Source of the DNA: a virus
Length of the DNA stretch: 64,000 nucleotides
Direction: 5' to 3' (one strand)
Virus record (IMG/VR): IMGVR_UViG_3300042453_004661
Location: 60,586-124,585 of that record
Shown here: positions 20,892 to 30,663 of the stretch, piece after piece
How positions within the stretch are numbered: position 1 is the first letter of the stretch
Layout of the letters: each line of letters opens with the position of its first letter
Made by a program: the position numbers and the translations under genes
Notes under the pieces: generated by a model
The model's input: the letters and a program-made list of their open reading frames with translations, nothing else
Database searches by the model: none
Told to the model about the DNA's origin: nothing

Positions 20892-21263
20892 ATGGTTTTT
20901 GATATTATTTATCCATGGAAATCTTACAAAATTCATCTTCCATCTCTTCATATGTTGATGAAGTCATCCGTAAAGGGATACATTGGCATGTCTGCAGATG
21001 ATCGTTTGACAATCCATTTGTCAGAAGAGCCGTCTGATCTAATGAAAGATCGAGTTCAGATGATGATGGACGCCCTCAATGAAGAAGAAGAGTCTCAAAA
21101 GATTGAACAAGACAAAAAGCGTGACGAAGCCCTTAAGATGGCCAAGAATGAAATCACAAATATGTTTTGGGATTCAATGATTCCTGCAGAAAGAAAAATA
21201 GTCATGGGCCATAATCTCGAGATTTCTGACTTGGACGATCTCGTAAAAAAATACATCAAATAA
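20892..21263 (+). CDS. Putative tail fibre assembly chaperone
   Basis: Small charged helical protein directly after a fibre gene; positional inference only. Confidence 0.35.
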   Translation: MVFDIIYPWKSYKIHLPSLHMLMKSSVKGYIGMSADDRLTIHLSEEPSDLMKDRVQMMMDALNEEEESQKIEQDKKRDEALKMAKNEITNMFWDSMIPAERKIVMGHNLEISDLDDLVKKYIK

Positions 21264-21279
21264 TTTTTAGGAAGAAAAT

Positions 21280-23463
21280 ATGTCTCAAGGACCAAAGAGC
21301 TTATATGATGATCACCTTCAAACTGTCACAGAGATAGTTGAAGACCTAGGTCTTGTTAGCGGAACTGTTGGGCCTCCTGGCCCTGTTGGTCCCGAAGGTC
21401 CCGAGGGCAAGTCTGCATATGAAGTTGCAATCAGCCCTCCAAATAATTTTCAAGGAACCGAAGCGCAATGGCTAGAAAGCCTAAAAGGCGAAAAAGGCGA
21501 TGAAGGCAAGTCTGCTTATCAGATTGCGATCAGTCCCCCTCATAATTTTCAAGGAACCGAAGCGCAATGGCTTGAAAGCCTTGAAGGCAAGTCTGCGTAT
21601 GAAGTTGCAGAGTCTATTGGAGCGCCAAATACAGGCACTGAAGCTGAATGGATTGCAAGCTTAAAAGGCGAAAAAGGCGACAAAGGCGACAAGGGAGACC
21701 AGGGCGAAATCGGACCTATCGGACCCCAGGGTCCCGAAGGCGGTCCTCCCGGTCCAGAAGGCCCTGCGGGCCCTGCTGGAGAAGATGGTCTTTCTGCATA
21801 TGACATTGCCTTTGCTCTTGATTCATCAATTGGAGGCGAATCTCAATGGATTGCCAGCTTAAAAGGCGAAAAGGGGGACAAGGGCGACCAAGGCTTTATG
21901 GGGCCCGCTGGCCCGGATGGGCTCTCTGCATATCAAATTGCACAACAACCTCCTCATAATTTTGTAGGAAGTGAAGCAGACTGGTTGGAAAGCCTTAAAG
22001 GAGAAGCGGGGTCGGATGGACTTTCTGCATATCAAGTCGCATTGGACAATGGGTTTGAAGGAGATTCAGTCCAGTGGCTTGAAAGCTTAAAAGGGCCAAA
22101 AGGCGACCAGGGTGAAAAAGGCGACAAAGGCGACCAGGGCTTTGCGGGGCCTGCTGGGGCAGAAGGACCTTCTGCATATGACATTGCCTTTGCTCTTGAT
22201 TCATCAATTGGAGGCGAAGCCCAGTGGCTAGAAAGTTTAAAAGGACCAAAAGGCGATGAAGGCGATATAGGCCCTGCCGGGCCAAAAGGCGACCAGGGCG
22301 ATCCAGGACCAGTGGGGCCAGTAGGTCCAGCCGGGCCAGCAGGGCCAGCAGGAGAAAAAGGCGATCAGGGCGATCCTGGACTTTCTGCATATCAAGTTGC
22401 AGTAGCAAATGGCGATCCAAATACAGAAACCGTATCGCAATGGCTTGAAAGCTTAAAGGGTGAGCAGGGTGAAAAAGGCGACAAGGGCGATCCAGGAATT
22501 CAGGGATTGCCCGGAAGCGTCGGCCCTGCCGGACCAGCAGGAGAAAAAGGCGATCCAGGCGATGACGGGCTTTCTGCATATGAGATTGCAATCAGCCCCC
22601 CAAATAATTTTCAAGGGACTGAGGCCGAATGGCTTGCAAGTCTTAAAGGCGAAAAAGGTGATAAGGGTGACGATGGAGATGTAGGCCCAGCGGGTCCAGT
22701 CGGGCCACAGGGTTTGCCTGGAAATGTTGGACCAGCAGGGCCAGCAGGAGAAAAAGGCGATCAGGGAGACCCGGGACTTTCTGCATATCAGATTGCGCAA
22801 CAGTTTCCTTATAATTTTTCGGGAACCGAGGCAGAATGGCTTGCAAGCCTAAAAGGCGAGCAAGGCGATGTGGGGCCAGCCGGACCAGCGGGGCCAGCCG
22901 GAGAAGTTGGGCCAGCGGGACCAGCGGGAGAAAAAGGCGACCAGGGCGATCCAGGTCAGCCATTTACAATAGCAAAAATATATGCATCCCTAGGCGATCT
23001 TCAGGCTGATACTTTTCCTTCAGGAATATTGCCGGGTCAGTTTGCAATCGTATCTTCAAATGTAAACGATCCCGACAATGCCAAGCTTTATAGATGGGAT
23101 GGGATTCAATATACATTTATTGTAGACATGAGCGGAGCCCCCGGGTCTGGCGGAGGATCTGGCTCTTCCATGTCCGTAAATGGATTGATTGAAGATCCAA
23201 AAGTAAAAAGCTATGTGTTGATTCAGTCTGCTCCATCTTCTGGAACAATAACCTCGTTAAAAGCTCAGACATCAAGCGGTAGCTGTACTGTCCAAATTTA
23301 CAAAAACAGTGTGGCGCAATCTGGATCTACACTTGTTGTTGATAACCTAGTAGAGGCGTCTTTGGTATTGTCTATTGCTGTAGCAGAAGATGACAATATT
23401 GCCTTAGTCGTAACGGCTACTACATTTGCTGAAGACTTGTCTTTTAGCTTAAAAATCATATGA
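21280..23463 (+). CDS. Collagen-like fibre protein
   Basis: Gly-X-Y runs alternate with about 10 GxSAYxxA...GxExxWLxSLKG units. Confidence 0.85.
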   Translation: MSQGPKSLYDDHLQTVTEIVEDLGLVSGTVGPPGPVGPEGPEGKSAYEVAISPPNNFQGTEAQWLESLKGEKGDEGKSAYQIAISPPHNFQGTEAQWLESLEGKSAYEVAESIGAPNTGTEAEWIASLKGEKGDKGDKGDQGEIGPIGPQGPEGGPPGPEGPAGPAGEDGLSAYDIAFALDSSIGGESQWIASLKGEKGDKGDQGFMGPAGPDGLSAYQIAQQPPHNFVGSEADWLESLKGEAGSDGLSAYQVALDNGFEGDSVQWLESLKGPKGDQGEKGDKGDQGFAGPAGAEGPSAYDIAFALDSSIGGEAQWLESLKGPKGDEGDIGPAGPKGDQGDPGPVGPVGPAGPAGPAGEKGDQGDPGLSAYQVAVANGDPNTETVSQWLESLKGEQGEKGDKGDPGIQGLPGSVGPAGPAGEKGDPGDDGLSAYEIAISPPNNFQGTEAEWLASLKGEKGDKGDDGDVGPAGPVGPQGLPGNVGPAGPAGEKGDQGDPGLSAYQIAQQFPYNFSGTEAEWLASLKGEQGDVGPAGPAGPAGEVGPAGPAGEKGDQGDPGQPFTIAKIYASLGDLQADTFPSGILPGQFAIVSSNVNDPDNAKLYRWDGIQYTFIVDMSGAPGSGGGSGSSMSVNGLIEDPKVKSYVLIQSAPSSGTITSLKAQTSSGSCTVQIYKNSVAQSGSTLVVDNLVEASLVLSIAVAEDDNIALVVTATTFAEDLSFSLKII
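21361..22956 (+). repeat. Collagen/SAY-WL coding repeats
   Basis: For example tctgcatatgacattgcctttgctcttgattcatcaattggaggcgaa occurs near 21793 and 22171. Confidence 0.8.
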
Positions 23464-25568
23464 AGTACATATACATTCCAAAAGTATACAATTCTTTAAG
23501 GATTTCTAATCGAGTAAATAATCAGCCCTCGGGAGCCGGGGCAAACCTCAATAAGACACTTGCAAGGGGAATTAGAATTTCTCCGACCATAGGGCTTGGA
23601 AATAATAATCAAATAAGTTTTAGTTTTTGCATAAGACCAGCCTTTTTTTCAGAACTTCTTAGGCTATATTCGGTTGCTACTGGGGCTATGGCGCAAAATC
23701 TATCACTGAGTGATGGGTCGATTGCGACAACCGGGATCGGCTTTTCTGCAATTTCATCAAGAAGCGATGGCTCTACTTTATCTCAAATAAATATAAATAA
23801 CTCACTTGCCGATACAGAAAAATGGATAACAGTATTGTTGACAATTGATGCCGTTCCAGCGACAAAGACAATGAGTCTATACATAAACGGCTATCTATTT
23901 AGAACAGTCACTACTACAACAAGCTTTAACTATACATCTAGTTTTTTAGAGTCTTATTTTTTAACAAGCTTTATAGGGACAATAAGAAGTTTTCAAATTT
24001 GGAATTCTTTTTTTAACTCAACCGAAGCTTTAAGCCTTCATAATTCTGCGCTTGCAAGACAAGAATCTTCATTCCCCACCATTTTTTCTTCAAAAAATCT
24101 AAGACAAGGATTCATTTTTGAAAGCAACAAAATTACTAAGGGTACAAATTCAATTGATATTTCATTAAATGATTGGACAACTCCAGCGTCAGATCCACCC
24201 GCACTTTCGATTACGGCAACAACAACATCCGGAAATACAACAATTAGTGGAATAACAAGCACAACAGCTATTAAAGTCGGAATGGTTGTGTTTGGGTCTG
24301 GAATACAGTCAGCAACTAGAGTAACATCAGTTGCAGCGAATTCAATAGTTGTATCAAAAGCTCCAACAGCATCCGCAACTGTAAGCTTGAATTTTTATCC
24401 AAGAAATATTTGGAAACTTGGATCTTTCTATTCATCTATTACTGGAGGAAATACTCTTTACATATCATGTGATGATGGCTCAACTGCTGGATATGTGGAT
24501 GGCACTACGGCATCGTATGTGTATAAAGACATTGCCGTAACATCTAGCGCATCGATTCTTTCTCTAAAATGTTTTTTACCAAGAGAAAGCTCATCGGCTG
24601 ATTTTTTTAAGATTTTGATTTCAAATACTAGCTTTGCGCCAGTTAATGATACTGAATACAATGCCTCTTTGCCTAATGGTGGATCTTATGGAAATGCTAA
24701 CATATTAAAACAAAGCATGAATTTTGTTTATGATGGATATGGGGGTCATGGAAGGCCAAACGATGAAAAAACAATAAATTACGACCTAAGCGATTATGAA
24801 GGGCAAACGGTAAGAGTGATTTTGTGTTTTCGTGCAGACACTTCAATTAACTCTATAGATGGCACAGCGGGCCCGGTTGCTGTATTGTCTGCAAAAATGA
24901 TCGAAAAATCCACAATCGAAGGAATTATTTCTAGAGATTCTTTGGGTCAGCTTATTCCAAACGGAGATTTTGAGCAAGGCACTACTAATTGGAATTTTGC
25001 AAATCAGACAAATGCTTGGGTTATTGGTCCTGCTGATAAGCTTTATAGAAATAGAGCTTTATACATATCTTCAGACAACGGCATTTCTTCTGCCTATAAC
25101 GCAAGCTCTGTATCTATTTCTCATGCATGGACAAACATTACCCTTTCGGACTCTAATCCAAGAATAAAATTTGCCGTTAAAGCGGGAGGGGAAGGGTCTC
25201 CTGGAGCTTTTGATTATTTAAAAATTCGTGTTGTAAGCGATCCTAATAATTCATTCAGCGCTTCCAGCCTAGCGAGTCCGGTAGCAGGAACTCTTGCTAT
25301 ATCCGGGACCTCAATACACGATCAGAATATAAACCTAACAAGTGGCTGGACACTATATGAAATAAATCTTACCGGACTTTTTTTACAAACTTTTGGTGTT
25401 CGACTTGTTTTTACTTGGGTAAATGACTCAGGTGCAGCAACTCAGCCGGGGGCCGTAATCGATGGCGTGTCTGTGTCAAATAACTCAAATGTATCTATGG
25501 GTCCATATGAGCCAATAACTTTACCAATGATATTTAATTTTATGGAGTTTACGGATGATGCTCCTTAA
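23460..25568 (+). CDS. LamG/concanavalin-like plus two adhesin-like beta-sandwich domains
   Basis: KWITVLLTID...MSLYING...GTIRSFQIWN (LamG-like); duplicated W..G....LYISxDxG...Y module. Confidence 0.55.
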   Translation: MKYIYIPKVYNSLRISNRVNNQPSGAGANLNKTLARGIRISPTIGLGNNNQISFSFCIRPAFFSELLRLYSVATGAMAQNLSLSDGSIATTGIGFSAISSRSDGSTLSQININNSLADTEKWITVLLTIDAVPATKTMSLYINGYLFRTVTTTTSFNYTSSFLESYFLTSFIGTIRSFQIWNSFFNSTEALSLHNSALARQESSFPTIFSSKNLRQGFIFESNKITKGTNSIDISLNDWTTPASDPPALSITATTTSGNTTISGITSTTAIKVGMVVFGSGIQSATRVTSVAANSIVVSKAPTASATVSLNFYPRNIWKLGSFYSSITGGNTLYISCDDGSTAGYVDGTTASYVYKDIAVTSSASILSLKCFLPRESSSADFFKILISNTSFAPVNDTEYNASLPNGGSYGNANILKQSMNFVYDGYGGHGRPNDEKTINYDLSDYEGQTVRVILCFRADTSINSIDGTAGPVAVLSAKMIEKSTIEGIISRDSLGQLIPNGDFEQGTTNWNFANQTNAWVIGPADKLYRNRALYISSDNGISSAYNASSVSISHAWTNITLSDSNPRIKFAVKAGGEGSPGAFDYLKIRVVSDPNNSFSASSLASPVAGTLAISGTSIHDQNINLTSGWTLYEINLTGLFLQTFGVRLVFTWVNDSGAATQPGAVIDGVSVSNNSNVSMGPYEPITLPMIFNFMEFTDDAP

Positions 25569-25583
25569 TCTATCGAGGCTAAA

Positions 25584-26441
25584 ATGCCAAGCATAAAAGG
25601 GCCGGATAGCCCTATCAATTTAATCACAATAGTCTCTGCCAATACAGTTCAGGTTCCTGCATCTGTATCTAGTCCATTGGTCATGACTATTGCTGGCCAG
25701 CAATATAGGATTGTGTCCAACTTACTGCTAGACACTACTAAGGTAGGAGCTGGCGGTCTTGATGTCGGACCAGTATCCGCAAGCGCCTATTCCATACACC
25801 TGGTAGTTCACGAAAGAACACTTGCTCTTGTCGCTTCTTTATCTTCTTCAGCCCCTTCTGGATTTACTGCTTTTAGGTTAATAGGCCGAATGATTGTCAT
25901 GAATGTTAATGGCACATTTAGGGTCGTATTAGCAAATACTTCACTAAACATATCTCTTTCTGACTTAAATCCAATAGGCATGGTCGTGTCGAGCATGCTG
26001 ACCGAGGATCAATTTCAAAGACTAAATGGATCTGGATGGATTTTAATGGATGGCAGAAGCGTGACCGGATCTACCTATGCTAATATTACAGGTAGCAATA
26101 ATATTCCTGACGCTAGAGGTCTTGTTCTTCGCGGAAAGAATAACGGAAGAGGAGATGGCGCTCAGAATCCAGATGGAGACTTTGATTTGGGATTGTATCA
26201 AGGAGATACATATGCAAGCCACAAGCATGCAATTACACTATCTCATGAAGCAAACGGAGGCAAAGACGGCTCCGGATGGCCTGCCGTAGACTTTAGCGGT
26301 CCTATAGTTTTTCACAATGAATTTCAAGCTAGTGGAGCAGAATCGTTCAATAATGGAGTAGGAAACCCCTTGCATAATAGCGGTGGAAACGAAACCCGCA
26401 TGAGAAACATAACAGTAAATCATTTCATAAGGATCAACTAA
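25584..26441 (+). CDS. Tail-collar-domain short fibre protein
   Basis: NPIGMVVSSML...GWILMDGR...IPDARGLVLRG, SHKH, ETRMRNITVNHFIRIN. Confidence 0.75.
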   Translation: MPSIKGPDSPINLITIVSANTVQVPASVSSPLVMTIAGQQYRIVSNLLLDTTKVGAGGLDVGPVSASAYSIHLVVHERTLALVASLSSSAPSGFTAFRLIGRMIVMNVNGTFRVVLANTSLNISLSDLNPIGMVVSSMLTEDQFQRLNGSGWILMDGRSVTGSTYANITGSNNIPDARGLVLRGKNNGRGDGAQNPDGDFDLGLYQGDTYASHKHAITLSHEANGGKDGSGWPAVDFSGPIVFHNEFQASGAESFNNGVGNPLHNSGGNETRMRNITVNHFIRIN

Positions 26442-26442
26442 T

Positions 26443-27765
26443 ATGCCAAGCATAAGAGGAACAGATACTCAAGTTACTTTAATTAGCATAACATCTTCTA
26501 CTGCAATTCAGATTTCTGCATCTGTATCTAGTCCATTCTTGGCCACAATTGGTGGACAGCAATACAGGAGGACAACCCCTCTTACTTTAGACATCAGCGT
26601 TTCTGGGGCAGGAGGAATAGATACAGGAGCTGTTGGAGCAAATACTTATTTTATTTTCTTGACCGTAAACCTAGGAGGGCTCGCTCTTGTTGCTTCCTTA
26701 TCGTCTTCCGCCCCTACAGGATTTTCTGCATCAAGACTTATAGGGCGAATGGTTGTCGGATACAACGCAAATGTATTGAATGTTTTGCTTGCTAGCCCAG
26801 AAGATATTTATCAAGTTAATCTCAATGAAAAAGCTCCCAATATACTCGTAAATGGAGATATGGCAATTGCTCAAAGAGGAGTAGGGCCAACTGCCATAAC
26901 TAGCTCCGTGAGATTTGTCGTTGATCGCTGGAATACATTCAGGACAACGGACGCTACTGGACTTACGGCAAGTAGACAATTAAGTGGCATCGCTTCTCTA
27001 CCGTACTGCTATCGCCTACAAAGAAATAGCGGAGACACAAGCACACAAAAGCTTATTACTCTTCAAAATGTTATTACAGAAAATGCTCTTAAATATTCTG
27101 GTAAAGTCGTAACCCTAAGCTTTTACGCTAGGCGTGGCCCAACGGCTTCATCTAGCTCTCTGGCTGTTATTTTTGCTTCTGGAACAGGAACTAATCAATC
27201 TCTTAGAACTGGATATACCGGACAAGTAACGGTTATGAGTACATCTGTTACATTGACCACTAGCTGGCAAAGATTTTCTTTTGCATTGCTTATTCCCTCT
27301 AGCTCAACACAATTTGCCCCAAGCTTTGAATATACTCCAACAGGAACTGCTGGGGCGAATGATTATTTTGAACTTACTGGAGTCATGTTAAATGAGGGTG
27401 GCATCCAAGACTATCGTGGAGTAGGCCCCAATCTTGCTGATGATTTTATAGCGTGTCAGCAATATTATGAACTAATTCAAGGATTCGTTGGATACTGCGA
27501 AGGAACTGCAACCGCCTCTATTACAGGAAATTTTGCGGTCCAAAAATGGACAGTCCCAACAATACTTACCATTGGAAGCGTGGGAATGAGGGCCCCATCA
27601 GGAGGCCAAGACTTTACTTCTGCCTCGCCCACCATAGCTAACCAGACTGCGACTGTAAAAGGATTTTGGACTCAGGTAACTGGTTTTGCAAGTTTGCCTA
27701 ATACTCTTCCAATAACAGACAGGGTCTTTAACTCAAATATACGGGCTGAAGCCGAAATTTATTAA
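26443..27765 (+). CDS. Fibre protein: MPSI N-module plus carbohydrate-binding-like domain
   Basis: N-terminus is paralogous to 25584; NILVNGDMAIAQRG...DRW...GKVVTLSFYAR...WQRF...CQQYY is a common phage fibre domain pattern. Confidence 0.65.
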   Translation: MPSIRGTDTQVTLISITSSTAIQISASVSSPFLATIGGQQYRRTTPLTLDISVSGAGGIDTGAVGANTYFIFLTVNLGGLALVASLSSSAPTGFSASRLIGRMVVGYNANVLNVLLASPEDIYQVNLNEKAPNILVNGDMAIAQRGVGPTAITSSVRFVVDRWNTFRTTDATGLTASRQLSGIASLPYCYRLQRNSGDTSTQKLITLQNVITENALKYSGKVVTLSFYARRGPTASSSSLAVIFASGTGTNQSLRTGYTGQVTVMSTSVTLTTSWQRFSFALLIPSSSTQFAPSFEYTPTGTAGANDYFELTGVMLNEGGIQDYRGVGPNLADDFIACQQYYELIQGFVGYCEGTATASITGNFAVQKWTVPTILTIGSVGMRAPSGGQDFTSASPTIANQTATVKGFWTQVTGFASLPNTLPITDRVFNSNIRAEAEIY

Positions 27766-27774
27766 GGAGAACCT

Positions 27775-28275
27775 ATGCCAGCCACACCAAAATTAAATAT
27801 TACTAGATCCCTAACTCAAGGCGATTTAAATCCTATTGGCATGGTTGTATCAAGCATGCTAACTGAAGCTCAATTTCAAAACCTAAATGGCACTGGATGG
27901 GTATTGATGGATGGAAGATCTGTGGCTGGGTCTGCCTATGCATCGGTGACAGGCAATGCCTCAATTCCTGATGCTAGAGGCATGGTATTGCGTGGTAAAA
28001 ACAACTCGAGAGCTGACGGAAATCAAAACCCAGCAGGAGATAGGGCGCTAGGCGAATTCGAAGGCGATCAAATGCAGGGGCATCATCATTCATATTTTGG
28101 TGCAAATAATACGGGCACTGGCTCTAATTCTTTTACAATTCAAAATAATATATTTGGGCCATTCACTGGAGCAGTATCTTCTCCAACAAATGATGGCACT
28201 AACGGACCCCCTCGCACCGGAAATGAAACTCGAATGAAAAATATAACACTCAACCATTTCATAAGGATCAACTAA
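27775..28275 (+). CDS. Tail-collar-domain short fibre protein
   Basis: Collar motif, QGHHH, ETRMKNITLNHFIRIN. Confidence 0.75.
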   Translation: MPATPKLNITRSLTQGDLNPIGMVVSSMLTEAQFQNLNGTGWVLMDGRSVAGSAYASVTGNASIPDARGMVLRGKNNSRADGNQNPAGDRALGEFEGDQMQGHHHSYFGANNTGTGSNSFTIQNNIFGPFTGAVSSPTNDGTNGPPRTGNETRMKNITLNHFIRIN

Positions 28276-28276
28276 T

Positions 28277-28843
28277 ATGCCAGCCACACCAAGACTTTCA
28301 GTATCAGGATCAGGAGCTTCCCAGTCTCTTTCTGTGGGATCATTTACCGTAAAAACATCGGACCTAAACCCCGTAGGCATGGTTGTGTCAAGCATGCTTA
28401 CTGAAGCTCAGTTTCAGGCACAGAATGGCACTGGATGGGTATTGATGGATGGAAGAAATGTGTCGGGGTCTGCCTATGCCACCATTACCGGAAGCACTAC
28501 AGTCCCCGACGCTAGAGGCATGATTCTTCGTGGTAAGAATAATGGAAGGTCCGATGGAAGCCAAAATCCAGATGGCGACTCAAGTTTAGGCGCTTATCAA
28601 GGGGACAATTTCGGAAGCCATAGACATAACTATGGTCCAGATGGCGGAACTGATGGAACGCACAATAGGCAAGTCGTTTTTAATAGCTCTCCAACTGGTG
28701 GATCTGGTTCTTCTCCAATTGGATTTGGCCAGGCGTTTAATGGTGGTGGAGGATCGGGCCACTGGATGGGAATTTACAACAGCGGCGGAAACGAAACTCG
28801 TATGAGAAACATAACCGTCAACCACTTCATCAAGATCAACTAA
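28277..28843 (+). CDS. Tail-collar-domain short fibre protein
   Basis: Collar motif, SHRH, ETRMRNITVNHFIKIN. Confidence 0.75.
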   Translation: MPATPRLSVSGSGASQSLSVGSFTVKTSDLNPVGMVVSSMLTEAQFQAQNGTGWVLMDGRNVSGSAYATITGSTTVPDARGMILRGKNNGRSDGSQNPDGDSSLGAYQGDNFGSHRHNYGPDGGTDGTHNRQVVFNSSPTGGSGSSPIGFGQAFNGGGGSGHWMGIYNSGGNETRMRNITVNHFIKIN

Positions 28844-28875
28844 ATTAGTAGTTGTAAAAAAATACAAAATAATTC

Positions 28876-28904
28876 TTGATTCATTTTGTCCAAAAATGTA
28901 TTCT
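28876..28904 (+). promoter_or_regulatory. Sigma70-type early promoter
   Basis: TTGATT-17 nt-TATTCT with an A-rich upstream element. Confidence 0.6.
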
Positions 28905-28910
28905 GAATAC

Positions 28911-29666
28911 ATGAAGGACGCAATTCAAATCAATCAAGAGCAAATGCAACAAGTAATGAACTCTGAAGTAATCTTTGTAAACCATTCTGGGGGCAAAGAT
29001 TCTCAAGCCATGATGGCATACATCATGACCCTTGGCTTTAAGGGAGAGATTGTTGTGGTTCACTCTGACCTTGGAGAGATGGAGTGGGAGCCTATGCATC
29101 ACTTCATCCAGGCCAACAGCTTTGGCCTTCCTGTCCATGTTGTTAAGCCTGAGCTTGACTTTTTTCAACTGTGTCGCAAGTACAACCGCCTTCCTTCTGG
29201 CCTCGCCCGGTTTTGCACCAGCGAACTCAAAACTCGCCCTATTTCAAAATTCATTAAGGAATACATGGCATCTAAGGGCTATACCAAGGCAGTCAATGCA
29301 ATTGGAATTAGGGCTGAAGAGTCTCCAGCTCGAGCCAAGAAAGAGCCCTTCAAGAAAAGCAAAATCTCTACTAAGGCCCATAATATCATTGAATGGTTTC
29401 CTATTTTTGATATGAAAATTGGAGATGTTTGGTTTCAAATCAAAAAAGCAGGCCAACAGCCTCATCCTATTTACTCTAAAGGTTTCAGCCGTCTTTCTTG
29501 CGTATTCTGCGTATTTGGCAGGATTGAAGAACACAAAAAGGCTGCCCAGATGCGGCCTGAGCTTTTTCAAAAAATGGCTCAGCTTGAAGTTGAACTCAAC
29601 AAAACCATCAGGCTCAAGCAAGTAGATGGTCAAAAGAAAAATAAATTCATGACCGAGTATTGCTGA
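28911..29666 (+). CDS. PAPS reductase family (PP-loop) protein
   Basis: SGGKDS PP-loop, RFCTSELK, GIRAEESPAR, RLSCVFC. The ATG at 28896 lies inside the promoter, so the start is more likely 28911 or 28944. Confidence 0.85.
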   Translation: MKDAIQINQEQMQQVMNSEVIFVNHSGGKDSQAMMAYIMTLGFKGEIVVVHSDLGEMEWEPMHHFIQANSFGLPVHVVKPELDFFQLCRKYNRLPSGLARFCTSELKTRPISKFIKEYMASKGYTKAVNAIGIRAEESPARAKKEPFKKSKISTKAHNIIEWFPIFDMKIGDVWFQIKKAGQQPHPIYSKGFSRLSCVFCVFGRIEEHKKAAQMRPELFQKMAQLEVELNKTIRLKQVDGQKKNKFMTEYC

Positions 29667-29865
29667 TCTTGGAAACGCTGACATTGCCCATGATCACCAG
29701 CACATTATTTTTTCCAAACACTTTTGACGCCTTTTCCTTTATGGCCAAGAGAGCCTCATAGTCTTCCAGGTCAGGGAAGTGAAGAATGATTTTTTCTCCC
29801 TTATTGACCTTAATAGACTTAAAGCTTGCGATCTTGAAAGAATGAGTGTTTTGATTTTTGTTCAT
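29647..29865 (-). CDS. Hypothetical protein
   Basis: Overlaps the upstream gene by ATGA; SD ggag. Confidence 0.55.
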   Translation of the reverse strand: MNKNQNTHSFKIASFKSIKVNKGEKIILHFPDLEDYEALLAIKEKASKVFGKNNVLVIMGNVSVSKISNTRS

Positions 29866-30248
29866 AGCTTCTCCACAAATGATTTAACAAAAGCTCCACG
29901 AATAGTCACAAATGCCTCATCGCTCCTGGCACATCGAGTTAGCGTATTTTCTTGCACAAAAGAGTCAAATTTATATGGGTCATAAACAATACGGATTCTT
30001 GAATTCATATTTGGTTTTCTTGCATTCTTAATCCATATACCTTCTACGCCAGCGTGGACATTTTTTGACTCTTCGGCAATCACCCTCTGTCTACGCACCT
30101 CAGATACCTTAAATTTGCAATCCTTTAAGCTAATCGAGTCTACATGGGCAATTACCAGACCCGACTTGACATCCCTTACGCTTAAGCAGTTTTTGTGGAG
30201 ATTCCTGTATACATACACACGAATCCCGCTATTATTTTTCTTTTTCAT
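29862..30248 (-). CDS. Conserved-looking phage hypothetical protein
   Basis: VYVYRNLHK...GLVIAH...RQRV..E..KNVHA pattern recalled from phage proteins; probable start MKKKNN. Confidence 0.6.
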   Translation of the reverse strand: MKKKNNSGIRVYVYRNLHKNCLSVRDVKSGLVIAHVDSISLKDCKFKVSEVRRQRVIAEESKNVHAGVEGIWIKNARKPNMNSRIRIVYDPYKFDSFVQENTLTRCARSDEAFVTIRGAFVKSFVEKL

Positions 30249-30501
30249 TCCAGTCGATTTCCAGCAATAGATCTTTAAAGCTTTCGCTGTCAATTATCGC
30301 AGAGAACCCAAGGCCAATCAGGGAGTCTCTGACGCTAATTGCCCTGGAAGCCCCCATTCGTGTCCTTGGGAATGCAACAGAGCAGTTTTGGATTCCAGAC
30401 TTGGCAATCATTTCTACAAGTCTTAGAGTCCCGGATAGATCTTTTGGTTCACGAAAAGATCTAGTCAGTTTCCTCGCTACTTTTGCGTCTAGTTTTTTCA
30501 T
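30232..30501 (-). CDS. Hypothetical protein
   Basis: Probable start MKKLDAK inside the longer ORF 30232..30555; operon packing. Confidence 0.5.
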   Translation of the reverse strand: MKKLDAKVARKLTRSFREPKDLSGTLRLVEMIAKSGIQNCSVAFPRTRMGASRAISVRDSLIGLGFSAIIDSESFKDLLLEIDWNEKEK

Positions 30502-30631
30502 CTGGGCTTCCCTTTCCTTTGCATGCACAAACAGCTTTGCCGTCAAAGTATTCAATATCTTCCCCGCATTCTTTGCAGGACCTTACCTTCCTTAGATCAT
30601 CTTCAAGAACCATTTCATCCCATTGTCTCAT
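30461..30631 (-). CDS. Small Zn-ribbon-like protein (56 aa; not in the ORF track)
   Basis: MRQWDEMVLEDDLRKVRSCKECGEDIEYFDGKAVCAC...; SD aggag upstream. Confidence 0.5.
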   Translation of the reverse strand: MRQWDEMVLEDDLRKVRSCKECGEDIEYFDGKAVCACKGKGSPDEKTRRKSSEETD

Positions 30632-30663
30632 TCATTCTCCTTTTTATTTTATCACAAAACTCA

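Noticed and set aside
21549-22963. Several minus-strand ORFs over the collagen gene
   Set aside because: By-products of repetitive Gly-X-Y codons, with no independent signals.
13335-28843. Diversity-generating retroelement or invertase shufflon acting on the fibre genes
   Set aside because: No reverse transcriptase or site-specific recombinase in the window, all cassettes are co-oriented with their own starts, and I saw no adenine-specific TR/VR pair. One elsewhere in the genome cannot be excluded.
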